NCBI GenBank assembly: GCA_030615605.1
Contig: JAUWYY010000006.1
Span: forward strand, 11,847 to 75,846
Origin: a bacterium
GTDB lineage: Bacteria > Armatimonadota > Zipacnadia > Zipacnadales > Zipacnadaceae
DNA: 64,000 nucleotides
Direction of reading: 5' to 3'
Part shown: positions 29,312-39,900 of the stretch, piece by piece
Numbering within the stretch: the first letter of the stretch is position 1
How the letters are laid out: each line of letters opens with the position of its first letter
Made by a program: the position numbers and the translations under genes
Notes under the pieces: model-generated
The model's input: the letters and a program-made list of their open reading frames with translations, nothing else
Told to the model about the DNA's origin: nothing
The model's database searches: none

Positions 29312-31045
29312 TCACGCCTGCGGGGCTTGTTCTATCTGTATGCCCTGGAGATGCACATTCGCGGAGGCTTCGGCGCTGGAGATGCGGATGGTGTGCCAGC
29401 CGGGGACCTGGGTTGAGATGGTGAGATGGTCCGGGCTGATCAGCGTTTTCCCCTCCAGAGTAATTTGCAGGGTGACGCTTGCGCTCGACGGGTCAGCCCG
29501 GCAGCTTACCTGCCACATTCCGGCAGGCAGATAGACAGGCACGGCTACGCTATCTCCGGCAGCCAGCGAGATTTCTTCGCGGCGCACCGGCCCTTCCCGA
29601 GGTGATGCGGAGAGCGTGCTTTGCTCCAGATCTAAGGCGCCGGCGTTTATCTCCAGCGGCTGCTGGCCCAGATAGTCCGCGACGATCTGCTGGTAAGCAG
29701 CGAGAAAGTCAGCCGGCTGGGGATTCTCTCCGGGAGTGTTGTCGAAGACCTGGGCCAGGAGTTGAGGTCCGTGCGCCGCCAATACCCACAGGCAAGAGCC
29801 AGTGAAGTAGTCCATAGCCTGCGCAGACTTGGCCGCCAGCAGTGGCGAGTTGGGCTTTTCGCGCAGCCACAGATCCAGGGCTGAGCGGCACTGGTCATCC
29901 AGGAAGTTGACCATCTTGGTGCCATCGCCGCCGATCACTGCCTCCAGGGCTTTGACAGTTTTCTCGGTTGGCCAGGGTTCGTCGGTGACGAGCTCGGCCT
30001 CTGCGGCCAGCCATTGCAAAAACAGCCCCTCACCCAAGCGGCCGTTGCCCAGCTTCTCAGGTTCATTAAACTCGCTTACTGCCGGAAGCAGGTAGTGCCC
30101 CAGCTCGTGAGCGACCTCGCGCGCCCACTCGGCGGCGGTGCGGGGCTGGCCGATGTCGTAGAAATAGATGTTGTCGCGGTACAGTTCCGCACCGGCCGGG
30201 CCCATCTCGCAAAGATAGACATGCACCAGGCCCTCTTCATCCCCTATCGGCGGCCGGTTCAAGTAAGCTGTGGCATAGCTGGAGAAGCGCAGCAGGAGGT
30301 GCGTGATGGTCTGGGCCAGCTTGGAGTAGTCGTTGTCTGATTGGCTGATGGTGCGCGAGGGATACTGCACCACGAAGCGCAGGTCCAGCCGCTGGGAGTT
30401 GGGGCGCTTGACCAGCCCGTAGCAGACGCGGTTGACGGTGGCATATATCGGTGAGTCGCTGCCGGTGCTGGGGATCCGCACCTTCACAGCGGGATCGGTG
30501 CGGCCCATCTCCTCAGGGAATACCAGCGAGGTCGTGTAAGCAAAGTCATGTCGGGCTACGGCCCCAGGCTGGTCCTGGTTTGGCAGCCTGGTTTGACAGG
30601 TATCCACCACTGTGGAGATGGGGCTGAATTTGAGGTAATCGAGCTGGAGCCAGCGGGGAAAGTGAGCCTCGTAGAAGAGATGATGTATATGAAGTTGCGC
30701 AAAGCTGTGATTTGGCGCCAGCTCCAAGGCATGTCCGTAGCTATCAACAGCTTGCTCAACCTCGCCACCTAGCTCGTGAAGATGCCCGAGAGTGGCATAC
30801 GTCTCCGCATAGGTCGGGTCGGCCTTCAATGCCGCCTGGAGCGTGGTGCGGGCCTCTTCATAGTTCACTTGCTCGATCAGTTGCCGGGCCTCTTCGACCA
30901 GAGTCACTGCCTCTGTGTGGTCGCTGAAGGCTGAGGTGGGCAATAGCCCCAATAGGGCCACCCCCAGCATAATCGCCGCCCAGCGCCAGGCTGTGGGGAT
31001 GTGGTGGGATGTTGTATGCTTGTGATTGCCTGAGGAGCTATTCAT
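29312..31045 (-). CDS. Secreted TPR protein with a zincin-like HExxH domain
   Basis: Signal peptide, TPR helices (ALKADPTYAETYATLG, ALELAPNH), VAHELGH followed by LGEG; TAATG coupling to the upstream gene. Confidence 0.75.
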   Translation of the reverse strand: MNSSSGNHKHTTSHHIPTAWRWAAIMLGVALLGLLPTSAFSDHTEAVTLVEEARQLIEQVNYEEARTTLQAALKADPTYAETYATLGHLHELGGEVEQAVDSYGHALELAPNHSFAQLHIHHLFYEAHFPRWLQLDYLKFSPISTVVDTCQTRLPNQDQPGAVARHDFAYTTSLVFPEEMGRTDPAVKVRIPSTGSDSPIYATVNRVCYGLVKRPNSQRLDLRFVVQYPSRTISQSDNDYSKLAQTITHLLLRFSSYATAYLNRPPIGDEEGLVHVYLCEMGPAGAELYRDNIYFYDIGQPRTAAEWAREVAHELGHYLLPAVSEFNEPEKLGNGRLGEGLFLQWLAAEAELVTDEPWPTEKTVKALEAVIGGDGTKMVNFLDDQCRSALDLWLREKPNSPLLAAKSAQAMDYFTGSCLWVLAAHGPQLLAQVFDNTPGENPQPADFLAAYQQIVADYLGQQPLEINAGALDLEQSTLSASPREGPVRREEISLAAGDSVAVPVYLPAGMWQVSCRADPSSASVTLQITLEGKTLISPDHLTISTQVPGWHTIRISSAEASANVHLQGIQIEQAPQA

Positions 31046-31986
31046 TAGTGGCACTCAATCAAGTCGCGCAGTTGGTCGGCCAGTTCGTAGTTTGCTGCAT
31101 CGAGCAGAGCATGGACTACGAAGATCTTGTTAGTTGCTTCGCAGTGCCAGGCGTGGCCCAGCAGCTTGTACGGGGCTTGTCGGCCGATTAGGTGAAGTGC
31201 GAACCGCTTGAGGCCCTGCAGGGGTGGCATACGGGTGCCGGCGAAGATTACCGCCTCGTGGCCGCGAAATTGGGTCTCGTCCGATGTCGGTTTGTAGCTC
31301 TTTAGCTCCTTACCCAATTCTCGCTGAAGCCACTGGTCCAGCGTTTGGTCCCGCAGGAGGGTGTCGGCCATCCCCCAGCGACCCACTTCTATGGTTTCGG
31401 TGTCCCGTGTGAAGGAGAACTTCAGCAGAGCCGAGTACAGTTGCTGCCCGGTGAGCGTGAAGTCCTCAGGTATCTGGCAGACAAAGTCGTAGGCAGCCCA
31501 GGTTGTCCAGCCGTCGGTGGGGTGGTCAGTTATACTGCGGATTACGCGTTGCGCAGTATCGAGCAAACCATCCTCCTGGGGCCGCCCCAGGACCTGGGCG
31601 ATGACAGTCTGGTCGCATTGCTTGCACACCCAAACTGCACCATACGCCTGCTGCTGCTGGGCATGCCAGGCGAAGGTAGCAAGGCTGTCTTTTTTCATCT
31701 GGCGCTTGCTGACGACGCGGATATCGCGGTCAACCGAAAACTGGTCGTCGTCGGCTTTATGAGCCTTTTTGACCGTCTGCAAGTATTTGTCAACGGTCTT
31801 TTCCAAATCCACGAAGCCTGGTGATGCCATCCACTTGATCTCGAGCCTGGCCATATCGCGATCATCAATACGCAGATACCCTTCTTTTTCGTCGGCTGAT
31901 ATTGAAGCAAGCGCCCAATCCTGGGGGACCCGTGCTGTAATTCCCGCCCAACCGATCAGGCGTTGATTCTGGTCTTTATCGCTCAT
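31045..31986 (-). CDS. Hypothetical protein with an internal two-fold repeat
   Basis: Long ORF with GGAGAG RBS; halves start GWAGITARVPQDWAL and AAYDFVCQIPEDFTL, each with a late (V/A)WxCxx motif. Confidence 0.75.
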   Translation of the reverse strand: MSDKDQNQRLIGWAGITARVPQDWALASISADEKEGYLRIDDRDMARLEIKWMASPGFVDLEKTVDKYLQTVKKAHKADDDQFSVDRDIRVVSKRQMKKDSLATFAWHAQQQQAYGAVWVCKQCDQTVIAQVLGRPQEDGLLDTAQRVIRSITDHPTDGWTTWAAYDFVCQIPEDFTLTGQQLYSALLKFSFTRDTETIEVGRWGMADTLLRDQTLDQWLQRELGKELKSYKPTSDETQFRGHEAVIFAGTRMPPLQGLKRFALHLIGRQAPYKLLGHAWHCEATNKIFVVHALLDAANYELADQLRDLIECH

Positions 31987-32013
31987 TGTCTCTCCGGTAT
32001 TCAAGATTTGTGG

Positions 32014-33132
32014 TTAGAAGGCTATCTTTCGCTTGCGAATATGGATATTCTGGAGAATGCCGACAGCCAAGCAATTGACAATCATACTGCTGCCGCCGTA
32101 GCTGACAAATGGCAGGGTCATGCCTTTGACTGGTGCCAGCCCCAGCGTCATACCCACGTTGGCAGTAATGTGGATAAGAAACATGGCGGCGATGCCTCCG
32201 GCCACCAGCCGTCCGAACTTGTCTTTAGCCTGCCAGCATATGGTCAGGCTGCGCCACAGCAACACAGCCAGGAGTCCCAGCAGGGCAAGACAGCCGGCGA
32301 AGCCCCATTCTTCGCCCACGACCGTGAAAACAAAGTCTTTTTCCTGATGGGGAATGAACTCCAATCGGCTTTGGGTGCCCTGGAAGAGGCCCTTGCCCAG
32401 CAGATGTCCGGAGCCGATGGCGATCAGTGATTGGCGAATCTGCCAGCCGGCCCCCTGGGGGTCTTCATCGGGATGCAAAAAGGCGGTCAGCCGTTCTTTG
32501 TGATAGGGACGAATCACCCCCGTGCTCCAGGCGATGGTAAAGAGCATAACGAAGGCAAACGCGAGGGCGCCAAGTTGTGTGAGCCTGGCGCCGGCCAGAA
32601 ACACAACAAAGAACCAGATGAAGACCAGCACCACCGGGGTGCCCAGATCCGGCTGTCGGAATATCAGCGCAGCTGGCACTATGACATAGGCTAACGACCG
32701 TACCAGCGTATGGAATGTCGCCAGTTGCTCGGAGGTGCAGGTGGCCAGATATGCACCCAACATCACGATTATGGCCAGTTTGCTCAACTCACCCGGCTGG
32801 ATGGTAATTGGGCCTATCGCCAGCCAGCGGGCACTACCGTGGGCAGTCTGACCGACGGCCAGAACTAGTAGCAGCAAGCCCACGGCCAGCCCGTAGAAGA
32901 CTAGACTGAGGCTAGCTATGCGGCTGTAGTCCACCATTGCGATCAGCCCCATCACCACCAGGCCCAGGCCAATCCAGATCAACTGGAGCGTCACCGTACT
33001 GGCCGGCGGCTCGTCTGCCATGGCCAGTTGCGCCTGGGTGCAACTGTATATCATCAGGGCACCGTAGGCACATAGCAGCAGCACTGCTACCAACAGGATA
33101 AAATCAGTTCGCGCCAGCAATCGCGTCTGCAT
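32014..33132 (-). CDS. rodA: SEDS family peptidoglycan glycosyltransferase RodA
   Basis: ARWL, IQPGELSK, QPDLGT, SLIAIGSG, DFVFTVVGEEWGF, LPFVSYGGSS. Confidence 0.92.
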   Translation of the reverse strand: MQTRLLARTDFILLVAVLLLCAYGALMIYSCTQAQLAMADEPPASTVTLQLIWIGLGLVVMGLIAMVDYSRIASLSLVFYGLAVGLLLLVLAVGQTAHGSARWLAIGPITIQPGELSKLAIIVMLGAYLATCTSEQLATFHTLVRSLAYVIVPAALIFRQPDLGTPVVLVFIWFFVVFLAGARLTQLGALAFAFVMLFTIAWSTGVIRPYHKERLTAFLHPDEDPQGAGWQIRQSLIAIGSGHLLGKGLFQGTQSRLEFIPHQEKDFVFTVVGEEWGFAGCLALLGLLAVLLWRSLTICWQAKDKFGRLVAGGIAAMFLIHITANVGMTLGLAPVKGMTLPFVSYGGSSMIVNCLAVGILQNIHIRKRKIAF

Positions 33133-33231
33133 GGTTACTCACTGCAGTTTAGTATAGCAGAAACTGACGGGGACGCGAAGGTTTGTCAATCTTGGCAGAG
33201 CGGGTATACTTACTGATGAGATTGTGATTCT

Positions 33232-33759
33232 GTGAAAGTGGCGGTCGTTTTGGTGGTGAGAACTTCGCTTCTCTTCGCAACCAACTGGGGCTGGTGGGGG
33301 GTGGAGGCCAGTTCGCGCGGAATTGTCCAGGTTGTGCTGCCGCAGCGCAACCCCCATCAGGTCCGCAAGCAGTTGGGCAGTCTGGAAAGCGCGGCCAGTC
33401 GCCTGGCCGAGAAGGCAGCCCGGCAGATCCAGGAATATCTGTATGGCCGGCGCCGGCACTTCACTGTGGCAGTTGATTGGGAACTTATGTCGAGCTTTGC
33501 GCGTGAAATACTTGAGGCCTGTGCTCAAATCCCCTACGGAGAGACGGTCAGCTACTCCGAGCTGGCCCGCCGGGCTGGTAAGAAAGGAGCCGCACGGGCA
33601 GCAGGCCAGGCGTTGGCGGCGAATCCAGTGCCGATATTGGTGCCATGCCACCGGGTAGTCGGCGCCGACGGCAGCCTCGGCGGCTTCTCGGGAGGATTGG
33701 CGATGAAGCGTCGGCTGCTGGAACTCGAAGGCAGGTGGCCTCTGGCAGACTCTGGTTGA
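33232..33759 (+). CDS. ogt: Methylated-DNA-protein-cysteine methyltransferase
   Basis: IPYGETVSY, ARAAG, NPVPILVPCHRV, LGGF; exact start uncertain. Confidence 0.93.
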   Translation: MKVAVVLVVRTSLLFATNWGWWGVEASSRGIVQVVLPQRNPHQVRKQLGSLESAASRLAEKAARQIQEYLYGRRRHFTVAVDWELMSSFAREILEACAQIPYGETVSYSELARRAGKKGAARAAGQALAANPVPILVPCHRVVGADGSLGGFSGGLAMKRRLLELEGRWPLADSG

Positions 33760-33764
33760 GCCAG

Positions 33765-33793
33765 TTGACTTCTGCGGCGGGTTGTTGTACAAT
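33765..33793 (+). promoter_or_regulatory. Putative sigma70 promoter for the giant surface protein
   Basis: TTGACT-N17-TACAAT, about 180 nt upstream of the ATG. Confidence 0.65.
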
Positions 33794-33972
33794 TACGCAA
33801 AATAGTTGCAGCATGTTCGTAGCTTCCGAAAGATTGACCGGCCTGGTGTTAAGGCATAGGGCTAGACCTGGCCAGCCGGGAGTGGCCGGAGACCCATCAT
33901 TGGCACAGTGATTATGCAGTACACAATGCAGCATAACTTGAGCGACCCGCCCCATCTCCAGGAGGGAGAGTA

Positions 33973-36900
33973 ATGCTAATACGGCACCGCTCTTTTGCTA
34001 TCCTCGTCACAGTTCTGATTCTCGCTGCGAGTTTCACTATCGCTGGTACTCCGTCGGCCCATGCTGCCTCGATTAGCTTTGGGTACGGTGGTGATGGCGT
34101 CTGGCCGCAGACGGCCACGGCCAACTCCCAGCGTTGGTTCCGGGTTCACCTTCACTGGAATGCCACGCCCAACGATCAGGGCTTCCCCGCTGAGATAATT
34201 GACGGTTTGTATCTCTACGGCCCCTCCTACAGTTGGCGCCCAGCCGCACCCAGCGGTGTGTCGTTTGCGAGCGAATTGTACTCGGGCAGGGGCATATTTG
34301 ACGCAGGGACGCGATACGCGGTTCCGGGCGAGATTCGGTTAACCGTCGTAGCCTCACCTACGAAAGTGTATTACGTCCCTGCCCCGGGTACCTCGTACTC
34401 TCCCGGGGAGATGGCCGGCTGGCTGCTGACAATTACCAGCGGGCTGGGCATCGGTAATACGTATAATATCGTGGGCAATGACGCTGATGGCGGTGGCACC
34501 TATCTTACTCTGTCCGGGGGTACCCCTCTGGATCCCGAGGTATGCGCGGACCTGGAGGTTACAAGCAACCCCACCACTACCAGAGTCTACTACGATCCGG
34601 TTGTCATAGCCAGCTATTATCCCGATGACACACTGGGAGGGTTAATATTAAGGTTTACCGAGGGCGAAGCGGCCGGCCAAGAATTTGATATCGTTGGTAA
34701 CGGCTCCAATCCCTTCGGATACTACATAGACGTAAGCGAGGATACGGAATTTCCCGCCGAGCTGATGCAGGAGGGCGACGTTGATAGTATTGATTCCACG
34801 ACTCAGTTCTCTTACAGCGGCGTCGATTTTGGTGAAGCGGCGCTGATTGGCTATACGCTCGTCGTTACCAGTGGGACAGCTCTGGGCGAGGAGCGGATGA
34901 TCTCCTATAATACGGACACCTACATTCAGACCACCACAACTCTGCCTACTGGGTTCGCTGCTGCCGACACCTTCGCCATTAAGGACATAATGAACGTCTG
35001 TGATACCGCCGAGGTGGAGAACTTGCTGGCTGGCAACGACCAGCGCGTCCATTTCGGCGTGGTCCGGAACGTTAAAGAAGCTTCCACCGGCAACAATCCC
35101 AAGGTCGTTTTCACCGTCGGCCCGTTCTCCAACTACCACGATGACTACCTGGTGGGCTGGATACCGACCACGCTCCCTGTCCCGGCACTTACCAATTTTA
35201 TGTTCGTTCTGAATTACAGCACGCGGAAAACCGAGGGCGGAGTCACATTCTATGAGGCTGAGGAACCCATAGAGTTCGAGGGCACGCACGTTACCGTGCC
35301 GGTGGCGCGCCGCTTCCCCATTCAGCCCGTAGAGGAACTTTCGGAGTGTGGCGAGCTGCAGGCGTGGTATTCCGGTGTGGGGACCGGAGTTGACCCCTTG
35401 GTGACTGCCCGGTCGGCAGCGGGCGGCCCGACCGACCCGGATAACGGCTCCGGCAGCGATGAGTACGCCTTCCGCATCAGGTATTTCAGCGGGCTCATTG
35501 GTCCTGGGGGTCAGTTCTGGCCGGAACTGCGCAGTCATTGGTGGCGGTATACTACGCCCTTCCAGGAATTCGGCGACGAGGGCGTTCGCGGTGGCTGCCG
35601 TTACGCCCGCTTCGACCGGTTTGGCGACGGCGTAATGACGAGTTGGGGAAACAATACTGCGGCGTGGCAGCATAATCAGAAGCGTGAGTTTCCCGATTGG
35701 CTGCCCCTTGGTTACGAGGATCGCCAGGTGTTCAGTCCTCACGACGACCCGTATTTCGATATGACGGGCGACTATATCGACTTGGCGGGCCACGACCCGA
35801 CGGCTCTTCTGGTAGTCGATGGCGACTACGACCGACCCCATTTTATGGTTCCGGAGAGCGGGAGCACCCTGCGGGACGGCATTGTCTACAAGTACACCGT
35901 ACGCCCTACCAACTACCTGCAATTGTTCCACAACATCTTCACGCTGCAGTTTGATACACCCCACTACGATGCCTGGGACACTGCCTATATGAACCTGACC
36001 GGCGAGCCGACGAGTAACGCCTATGTCAGTATGCGCCCGGGCGGGCATACCTACGAGTTCCTGACCTGCCGCGACTGGGAGCCACCGGTCTGGGGGGTGG
36101 GTGGGGCCGGTGAATATGACGTGGGTAACTTCGCCCACGCCGGCCCGTGCTCGCTGGCCCTGCGGGGGCAGCCGGGGTACAACATAGAGGCAGTCCACGT
36201 GGTCAACGATTATTGGGACGCTGCTTGGTACCCCTCTATTAATCTTGCCGTCAATCTGGAGACGGTTGAGATGTGGTATGAAGATGCTGAGCCGGGCGGA
36301 TACGGCTACCCCTACGACAGCCAGGATCCCACTCAGTACCCGAAGATTGATCCAGTGCTGACAGCCCATCCTTACTTCGAGGACGGTCTGCTCAGTGCGG
36401 CCGAGCGGGGCTTCATCTGGCCCAATTACTACTTGGAAGACCTCGGGCCCCACTCACCCGGGTCATTGCCTAACCCCTTCAACTATAACCCGACGACTGA
36501 GCCGTGGGGACCGTTGGCAGGCCCCACATACCCGACGCCTGTGTATGGCGGGTATAATCCGGGCAATCCCCTTGACCCGACGGCGAAGGCCATCTCACCG
36601 TTCCGCTTCACCAACGAGGACACGATCTGGCCCAACTACGTCAATATCCACGAGGAGCTCCATCCGACCATGCCCTTCCGGGGCGGCAAGTGGATGACCG
36701 ATACGACCTTCGTCTTCCGGATCAACTACTGGCAGTCCGACAACCTGGAGCCGACCTCCATGCAGCTATGGCTCCGTAAAACCGACGAAGACGGCACCCC
36801 TATAGGCGACTGGACCAGGAAGGCGATGACTAAGGTCTACCCCGCCGACATCACCTATACCGATGGCGTTCTGTATTACTATGAGTGGGACGCCGCCGAC

Positions 36901-39900
36901 CTGCCGAGCGGAGGCGGGATCGGCGACTACCAGTATTCCTTCCGGGCCAGCGACGGCACGCACATCGCGATCTATCCGAACCGGCCCGCCAATGACCCGG
37001 GTTACATCGGCGTGCCGCCGGGCGACAACGATTATTACTGGTTCCGGGTCAACACGCCACCCGAATTGAGTGATGAGTCGATCACGGAGTTGGTAGCAAC
37101 GGCGGCCGAGCCGCCGCAAGGCGACTTCCGCTGGGATGTTACCTACACCGACGACGACGGTGAGGTGCGCAATGCCGGCCGCCTGGGCGACCGACCATTC
37201 AAGAGCATCCTGTGGATAGACCTGTTCGGCGATGTTGAAGGCCAGGCCGAAGTGGTCTCGGTGGCCGTCAATGTCATCACTTACGAAGTGGACGGCGGCG
37301 GCGGTGACCCGTATGCGGCTGGCTCGCTCGTGGGTCTGCAGGTGTTAATGGAGAGCGGCACGGCAGAGGGAGAGCACTTTGATATCACTGCCAACACCGT
37401 CTCCGGGAGTCAGGGGACGATAACCTGTACCGGTCTGAGCGGCGTCGCGGCGACCGACGAGTTCGATATAGTGGACTGGTTCCTCGCCAAAATGGATGAA
37501 ACGGATCCGGCGGACACCAACCACCGTGACGGGAAGGAGTACGATATTGACACCGTCCGGCTGGGCTTCCAGTTGACTCCCGGTGCCCACCTGTACTACT
37601 ACGAGTTCTGGGATAACTGGGTCTACTGGATAGACTGGCAGCAGTATTTCATGACCTCGGATCCCGATCCGATTGACCAGAAAGTCGAAGGCGAGATAGT
37701 CCGGCTGCCCGCGACGGGATACCTTGAGACCCCCTACACGCCACCGGCACCACCGGCCTATTCCATATCGGGCACGGTGTACGACACCGACGGGACAACG
37801 CCGCTGGAGGGTGCTACGCTCAAGTGTTATGATGGCGCGTTCGTAGACCCTGATGACCTGGTTGACGAGCAGACTACTGGCGTCAGCGGCACCTATGAAT
37901 TCGAGGACCTCCCTGACGACGATTATCGCGTCATACCGAGCTACGACTCAGAGTTCTTCGATCCTACTGATGAAGATGTGACGGTGTCGGGGGCTGACGA
38001 AACCGGTGTGGACTTCCAACTGGTAGCGACCTCCTCAATATCGGGCACTGTTTACGATATCGGAGGCAGCGACCCGCTGGAGGGGGCCACTCTCAAGTGT
38101 TATCGTACTCCCTACGCGGATCCCGCGGATCTGGTTGACGAGCAGGATAGCGTCGCGGATGGCACCTACGAATTCGAAGGTCTAGTCGACGACGACTACC
38201 GCGTGATCCCGAGCTACGGTGGCTATGACTTCGACCCCACTCAGACAGATGTGACGGTGTCGGGGGCTGACGAGACCGGCGTGGACTTCGAGTTGCAACC
38301 CGGTGACTGGAGCATCTCCGGAACCATTCTCGATACCGGCAGTGACCCCGTCGAGGGTGTCACCGTTAGCACAACGGGTGCCTCGGATGAAACTGATTCA
38401 TCCGGCGACTACTTGATAGGCAATCTGCCCAATGACGACTATACCCTGACGGCGACCGCGTCGGTCGGGCAGTACTACACCTTCGCGCCGGATGGCTGGA
38501 GCCAGCCGGTTACCATCTCTGGTGCTGACCGGACGAATATCGACTTCGAAGCCACCGAACAGACCTTCAGCGTGAGCGGGACGGTCCTTGACTACGAGGA
38601 CAATCCCGTAAGTGGCATTGTGGTCACCGATGGGACGAACTCAGACACGACTATTGGCGATGGGACCTACACGATCACGGGCGTATCAGCGGGCCTGGTT
38701 ACGATCACGGCCCAGCCGGGCGGGGGCTTTGTATTCGTGCCCCAGAATCAAGATGTCACGGTGCCGGCGCCGGGACCCAGTGATGTAACGGATGTTGACT
38801 TCACTGGTTATGCGGGAGTCGGGCACAGCTACTCGGCCGGTCTGCACCTTGTCGGGGTGCCGCTCTATCCCATTGAGGGCTATGCCGAGGATGTCTTCCT
38901 GACCTCCGACATCTGGTGGTGGCATCCCAGCGGTACGGTCTACATAGGCACTGGCCACCCCAATGCCGCCTCGCTGCTGCAGGTGCAGCCCGCTATGGGC
39001 TTCTTCGTCAACTACGGCAGCGCCACCGACATCAACGTAGCGGGTACTACGGTACCCACTGGCGTGCCGTTCGTGAAGAATCTGGGGCCAGCCTGGAATA
39101 TGATCGCCAATCCGTTTGACGGCTATGAATTACCCATAGCCAACATACAGCCTGACACCGGCCAGCAGATTCTGCCGTTCGCTTACATCTACGATTCATC
39201 GAGCGGCTCTTACCTGGTGATCACTGATCAGCCGGGCATTGGCGTAGCCCGCAACTACATAGACGAATGGGAGGGCGCATGGCTGTATGCCTGTAGCAGC
39301 ACTGGCTTCACTGTCGAGATGACTGCCGGGCCGGCAGTTGCCGCAGCCGCTGCTGAAGATGCGGTAAGCCCGCAGGCGCTTGAAACCGGCCAATCGGGCT
39401 GGGTAGTGCCGGTGCTGGCCCATGTAGGCAATCGCAGTGACCTGATGGGCGCGATTGGCATCAGCAGCATTGAGCCCTACAGTCTGCCCAATCCGCCGGC
39501 AGCGCGGAACAGCGTAGATCTCTACTTTATGGGCGCCGATGGCAGCCAGTTGGCGCAGTCAGTTCTTACGCCGACCGGCGATACAGCTAGCTGGGAGTTT
39601 GTAATTGCTACCGACATCCCGGATAGTGAGGTAGAGGTAGCTCTGCCCGACCTCAGCCAGCTTCCCAATGATCTGATTGTGACTCTGACCGATCTTGACG
39701 CTGATCGCTCGGTATACGCCCGCACGATGCCGAGTTACAGCTTCCGCAGCGGCGAGGATGGCGGTGTCCGTCACTTCCGCATTGAGGTCGCGCCGCAGCA
39801 GGCTGGTGGATTGGCGATTACCACTGCGACAGCGCAGCCCGGTGGCGCCGGTGCGGTGATAACCTATGGAGTCAGCCAGGCCTGTAATGTCACCGTGGAA

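Noticed and set aside
34648-36453. 601-aa antisense ORF, and similar long shadow ORFs such as 6505-7752 and 18950-19747
   Set aside because: They lie opposite well-supported genes in GC-rich DNA and have no recognisable motifs
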